Positions 58,318 through 61,584 of a stretch of 61,584 nucleotides of DNA are shown one piece after another. The stretch's first letter is position 1. Every line of letters begins with the position of its first letter. Source of the DNA: a virus (lineage: Duplodnaviria > Caudoviricetes); IMG/VR virus record IMGVR_UViG_3300025120_013662, positions 1 to 61,584 of that record; one strand, written 5' to 3'. Made by a program: the position numbers and the translations under genes. The notes beneath the pieces were generated by a model, which worked only from the letters and a program-made list of their open reading frames with translations, made no database searches and had not been told where the DNA came from.

Positions 58318-58845
58318 ATGAAAGTAACAATTTCTCAACTTCGGGGTATGGTAGAAGAAGCCTTACTTGACGAGAAGAAGAAAAAGAAGAAGAAGAAAAA
58401 AAAGAAGAAGAAAGGCGGCAAGAAAGACGCCTGCTATCATAAAGTGAAATCACGTTATGACGTATGGCCTTCTGCTTACGCTTCCGGTGCTCTTGTAAAA
58501 TGCCGCAAGGTCGGCGCTGCTAACTGGGGCAACAGCAAAAAAGAAGGCGTTGAGGATGACTACCTCCGCCAACTTGTGGAAGAAGAAATCTCAAAACTTA
58601 AAGAAGCCGACAGCGAAGGACTACGCAAATGGTTCGGTCGCAAGGGTGAAAAAGGAAGTAAGAGTGGCTGGGTAGATTGTAACACCTGTCGTAAAGATAA
58701 AAAGACGGGTAAAAAGAAATGCAGTGCCTGCGGTCGTGAAAGCGGCGAATCACGTTCAAAATATCCGAAGTGCCGACCTACACCCTCAGCGTGTAGCAAG
58801 AGCGGTAACTACGGCAAAAAATCTAAGGCAGGTAAAAAAGGATGA
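58318..58845 (+). CDS. Lys/Cys-rich protein with type-A leader, 13-Lys tract and an internal leader copy
   Basis: MKVTISQLRGMVEE; K13; DACYHKVKSRY.VWPSAYASGALVKCRK; internal YLRQLVEEEISKLKE; LRKWF..WVDC..C..C..CGR..KYPKCRP. Confidence 0.78.
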   Translation: MKVTISQLRGMVEEALLDEKKKKKKKKKKKKKGGKKDACYHKVKSRYDVWPSAYASGALVKCRKVGAANWGNSKKEGVEDDYLRQLVEEEISKLKEADSEGLRKWFGRKGEKGSKSGWVDCNTCRKDKKTGKKKCSACGRESGESRSKYPKCRPTPSACSKSGNYGKKSKAGKKG

Positions 58846-59243
58846 GAATCACGAAATCACAACTACGACAGATTATTAAAGAAGAGGTCTCAAGCGTCCT
58901 CAACGAAGAAGAAGAATATTATCACATTGAAGACGCAACCTATGAAGACGGCACGCTTGCCGAAGACGTAGAGTTTTGGGATGATGTCATAGAAGAGGCA
59001 GAGTACCAAGGACGCAAGGTCACTCTCAATAAGCCCATGCAAGGTGATGTAAAAAAATCTAAAGTTTATGTTAAGAACAAAAAGGGAAATGTAGTCAAAG
59101 TAAACTTTGGTGATCCCAACATGAAGATCAAAAAATCAAACCCTGAAGCTCGTAGCAACTTCCGTGCCCGTCATAACTGTGCGGACAAGATGAAAAAAGG
59201 AGATAAGACAACCGCAGGGTATTGGTCTTGTAAAGCATGGTAA
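58842..59243 (+). CDS. Basic Cys/His protein with type-A leader and acidic spacer
   Basis: MRITKSQLRQIIKEE; acidic segment; AEYQGRKVTLNKP...VNFGDPNMKIKK..P..R.NFRARHNC...YWSC. Confidence 0.78.
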   Translation: MRITKSQLRQIIKEEVSSVLNEEEEYYHIEDATYEDGTLAEDVEFWDDVIEEAEYQGRKVTLNKPMQGDVKKSKVYVKNKKGNVVKVNFGDPNMKIKKSNPEARSNFRARHNCADKMKKGDKTTAGYWSCKAW

Positions 59244-59707
59244 TGAAAAAATTAATGACAGAGTGGAGAAATTTTCTCCAAGAAGAAATGAAAGTTGTTA
59301 TTGGAGCAGTCAAGGATTATGTTTGTCCCCCTGCAACCCAAGATTTAAAACTCAACACTAAAAACCGTGATGCTGCTATTCACGCAGAGCATATCAAATA
59401 TGGTCCTTTGAACGTTGACGAGCCCGGTGATTACTGGGAAAATATAGCAAAGTATTGGAATACAACTGAGGATGCTGCTAAAAAATCACTATGTTCTAAC
59501 TGTACTGCTTTTGATATTTCCCCTCGAATGAAAGAGTGTATGCCCGGTGTAACCTCTGATGAAGACGGAGAACTTGGCTATTGTTGGATGCACCACTTCA
59601 AATGCCATTCAGCCCGTGCTTGTTACACTTGGGCCAAAGGTGGACCAATTGATGAAGATAGTGTATCTCACGAATGGCAATCCAAGAGCCCATTTTCGGA
59701 AGACTAA
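59243..59707 (+). CDS. Cys-rich protein with type-B leader (MKKLMTEWRNFLQEE)
   Basis: ATG 59243 overlaps the upstream TAA (TAATG). CPPATQD...CSNCTAF...GYCWMHHFKCHSARACYTW. Confidence 0.78.
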   Translation: MKKLMTEWRNFLQEEMKVVIGAVKDYVCPPATQDLKLNTKNRDAAIHAEHIKYGPLNVDEPGDYWENIAKYWNTTEDAAKKSLCSNCTAFDISPRMKECMPGVTSDEDGELGYCWMHHFKCHSARACYTWAKGGPIDEDSVSHEWQSKSPFSED

Positions 59708-59708
59708 T

Positions 59709-60308
59709 ATGAAAAAGCTAATGACCGAGTGGCGGAACTTTCAAAAAGTTCACAAAGTAAACGAGAAGATTTATAAACAATATGCCTCACGTCTCAGTGA
59801 AGACTCACAGGAGGTTTTCTGGAATTTGTCGGAAGACCAAAAAGTATTTGTTGTTGAAGACTGGATAAGCCAAGGACGCCCAGCCCAGCATCTTACAGAA
59901 GAGAAAATTGCTGACCTTGATGCCGAACAAGCATATAGCACAAAAGTTCGTGGCGTCAATGTTATTATCAATTTAAAAGATACTGACCTTGAGGGAACTC
60001 GGCACAGCAAGGAACGCCAGTTCCGTCACGACGAAAAGATTTCTAATAACGCCATCATCCAAGCAGTTGAAATGGCCATCGGCAAAATCATTCAAGATTA
60101 TGCCAACGGCGAACTTGGAAACGATGAACCCTTTCATATTCGTATGGTGGGCAAAGGCAAGGCTCCAGCCCTCAATGTTATAGCCGTTTTAGATATGCGA
60201 AAAGGTCCGGACACCATAAAAGTAATTACTGTTATGCGTAAGGACGATTTCAAAACAGATACATTTGGCGGCGGTGAACAAAAAACCTACACCGTACAAA
60301 CCCGATGA
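59709..60308 (+). CDS. Hypothetical protein with type-B leader; C-terminal domain possibly a BECR-fold RNase
   Basis: Start placed at 59709 (MKKLMTEWRNF). TRHSKERQFRH...IS...I..AV...VITVMRK. Confidence 0.72.
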   Translation: MKKLMTEWRNFQKVHKVNEKIYKQYASRLSEDSQEVFWNLSEDQKVFVVEDWISQGRPAQHLTEEKIADLDAEQAYSTKVRGVNVIINLKDTDLEGTRHSKERQFRHDEKISNNAIIQAVEMAIGKIIQDYANGELGNDEPFHIRMVGKGKAPALNVIAVLDMRKGPDTIKVITVMRKDDFKTDTFGGGEQKTYTVQTR

Positions 60309-61093
60309 AAAAAATAATGGAAAACTGGAGACACTTTAAATCTTCAGAAGAGCCAAGAATAAACAAAGGGGTTGTAAGCTTTTATAAATCACCCCTCCCA
60401 GTCGAGTATATTACAGAAGTTTTGGGAGTTCAAGTACCTCTTAACGAATCTTATACAGAATATTCTCAGACTCTTGTAGAGGAGATAATACAAGAGCAGA
60501 TTTTATTTGAGGGTTTTTTTGACTCTATCAAAGATAAAGCAAAAGAATATGGTCAAGGTCTTATGGATCTATTCACAACTTTAAGAAAAATTGTTGGCAA
60601 TAATTATCTTATTACGAAATTTGTTAGACAATTGAAAATGTATGTTGACAACATAAAACAGAACTTTAGCAACTTCATCCAAAAAGCTTTAGACGAAGTT
60701 CCAAGCTTAGGAACAATGATGACAAAGATAAAAAACGCAATACAAAAAGCATTCTCGATTGTCAATAATGCACGAGGCTGGAAGGGTGCCTTGGCATTGT
60801 CAGGTCTAATAGTAATCTTTACTTATATTCAAGATAAGTTTGGCGATGTTATAAAAAATCTAACAAATGTTGAAGAGAACGCTAAACTTTTATATCAATT
60901 TGTAATTGAAAAATTCAATTTAGAATCTGTTTCTAAAAAAATACTGGGCACGATGACTGATATAAAATCTTATCTTGGTATTCTGGGTCCCATAGTAGGT
61001 GGAGTTAAATTTGTCGCTGATGCTTTGGGATCGATTACTAGACCGTTTGTTGAAAAATATGTAGAAGAAGAGCCCATCGATCTTAACACTTAG
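60305..61093 (+). CDS. Helical protein with type-B leader and two hydrophobic segments
   Basis: MKKIMENWRHF; GWKGALALSGLIVIFTYI; YLGILGPIVGGVKFVADALG. Confidence 0.72.
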   Translation: MKKIMENWRHFKSSEEPRINKGVVSFYKSPLPVEYITEVLGVQVPLNESYTEYSQTLVEEIIQEQILFEGFFDSIKDKAKEYGQGLMDLFTTLRKIVGNNYLITKFVRQLKMYVDNIKQNFSNFIQKALDEVPSLGTMMTKIKNAIQKAFSIVNNARGWKGALALSGLIVIFTYIQDKFGDVIKNLTNVEENAKLLYQFVIEKFNLESVSKKILGTMTDIKSYLGILGPIVGGVKFVADALGSITRPFVEKYVEEEPIDLNT

Positions 61094-61105
61094 GAGAAGA
61101 ATAAA

Positions 61106-61399
61106 ATGAAAATTACAAAAGAATATTTGAGAGGTTTGATAAACGAAGAGGTAGAAACTCAACAGCAGCAGGCTAATAAACCCAAACCCGCCGCTCAACA
61201 AGCGGATGTTGAAAAAGTAAAAACTCGACTTGGTGCCGTATCTGGTCTTGAAGATCTATTGGATAAAGTAAATAGCCGAGTAGAGTTTGAGGAATTCCTC
61301 AGAGAGGTTATTAAGCTTGGAACTAAAAATGTTAAATCTCAAGATATTTTGACATCACTCAGGAATGTTTTTGCTGCTCTAAGTAAAGAACTTAAATGA
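61106..61399 (+). CDS. Small helical protein with type-A leader
   Basis: AGGAG RBS; MKITKEYLRGLINEE. Confidence 0.75.
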   Translation: MKITKEYLRGLINEEVETQQQQANKPKPAAQQADVEKVKTRLGAVSGLEDLLDKVNSRVEFEEFLREVIKLGTKNVKSQDILTSLRNVFAALSKELK

Positions 61400-61584
61400 A
61401 AAAGTTGATGACCGAGTGGCGCAACTTTCTCCACGAGGGGAAATACGAAGCAGCCACAACAGAATTGACCCGCAAGGTAATACCTCACGTCAAATATATT
61501 ATTGACGAGGTTATTCCTAGCGATAATGTCCAGAACTCACGCAAGGACTTGATTCTCGTAATCGGCAAGAAATATGAAACAGGT
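61396..61584 (+). CDS. Protein with type-B leader, 3'-truncated by the window edge (absent from the ORF track)
   Basis: ATGA overlap at 61396. Reads MKKLMTEWRNFLHEGKYEAATTELTRKVIPHVKYII... and stays open to the window end. Confidence 0.75.
   Translation, partial: MKKLMTEWRNFLHEGKYEAATTELTRKVIPHVKYIIDEVIPSDNVQNSRKDLILVIGKKYETG

Noticed and set aside
59559-59708. 50-codon N-terminal extension of the 59559..60308 ORF
   Set aside because: It overlaps the upstream gene. The shared leader MKKLMTEWRNF marks ATG 59709 as the real start.
936-61201. Minus-strand ORFs and short alternative-frame + strand ORFs in the track
   Set aside because: All are shadows of longer motif-bearing + strand genes, with no recognisable motifs or independent support.
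56093-61584. Leaders as Sec/Tat/lipoprotein signals or RiPP leader peptides
   Set aside because: No hydrophobic h-region, twin-Arg motif, lipobox or double-Gly site. The cargoes are folded-size domains and there are no adjacent modifying enzymes or transporters.
1-61584. Stop-codon reassignment, inteins, introns, tRNA/rRNA genes, intrinsic terminators
   Set aside because: TAA, TAG and TGA all end genes cleanly. No Hint or homing-endonuclease motifs were noticed. Intergenic gaps are under about 90 bp with no cloverleaf or convincing hairpin plus U-tract seen by eye.
1-61584. Eukaryotic giant virus (NCLDV) origin suggested by the glycosylation genes
   Set aside because: Shine-Dalgarno motifs, overlapping operonic genes, a sigma70-like promoter, a sigma factor, an M23 peptidase and gp25/gp6-like baseplate genes indicate a tailed bacteriophage.

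Overview
All credible genes lie on the + strand and are tightly packed, often with ATGA/TAATG overlaps. The window looks like part of a large, myovirus-like (T4-superfamily-related) phage genome in the standard genetic code. It has four modules. (1) 1-591 is the 3' end of a PD-(D/E)XK nuclease gene. (2) About 0.6-19.4 kb is a 22-gene glycan locus: 7 glycosyltransferase genes; Gmd, an Fcl/ColC-like reductase and a ColD-type His-PLP enzyme; a UDP-sugar dehydrogenase and a decarboxylase-like SDR; a B12 radical SAM enzyme; a minimal two-subunit TPP enzyme; a methyltransferase; and split HldE-like kinase/nucleotidyltransferase, HAD and cupin genes. (3) About 20-55.5 kb holds a gp55-like sigma factor followed by a baseplate/tail module (M23 peptidase, gp25-like, gp6-like, 1.5-3.8 kaa proteins). 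(4) About 55.5-61.6 kb holds a RuvC-like resolvase, an NT5C nucleotidase, a primase and eight unrelated small proteins that share one of two N-terminal leader peptides (M[KR][ILV][TS]xxx[LI]Rx[LIM][IV]xE or MKK[LI]MxxWRxF). The leader/cargo array is the most striking unexplained signal. It resembles a capsid-targeting and protease-maturation system for packaged internal proteins. Other leads are a candidate late-promoter motif CTAHTTAW, S/T-G/S/A-S/T/A tripeptide enrichment in virion proteins next to the glycan locus, and an apparently split tail-collar domain. All family calls come from motif recognition by eye; no database searches were run.
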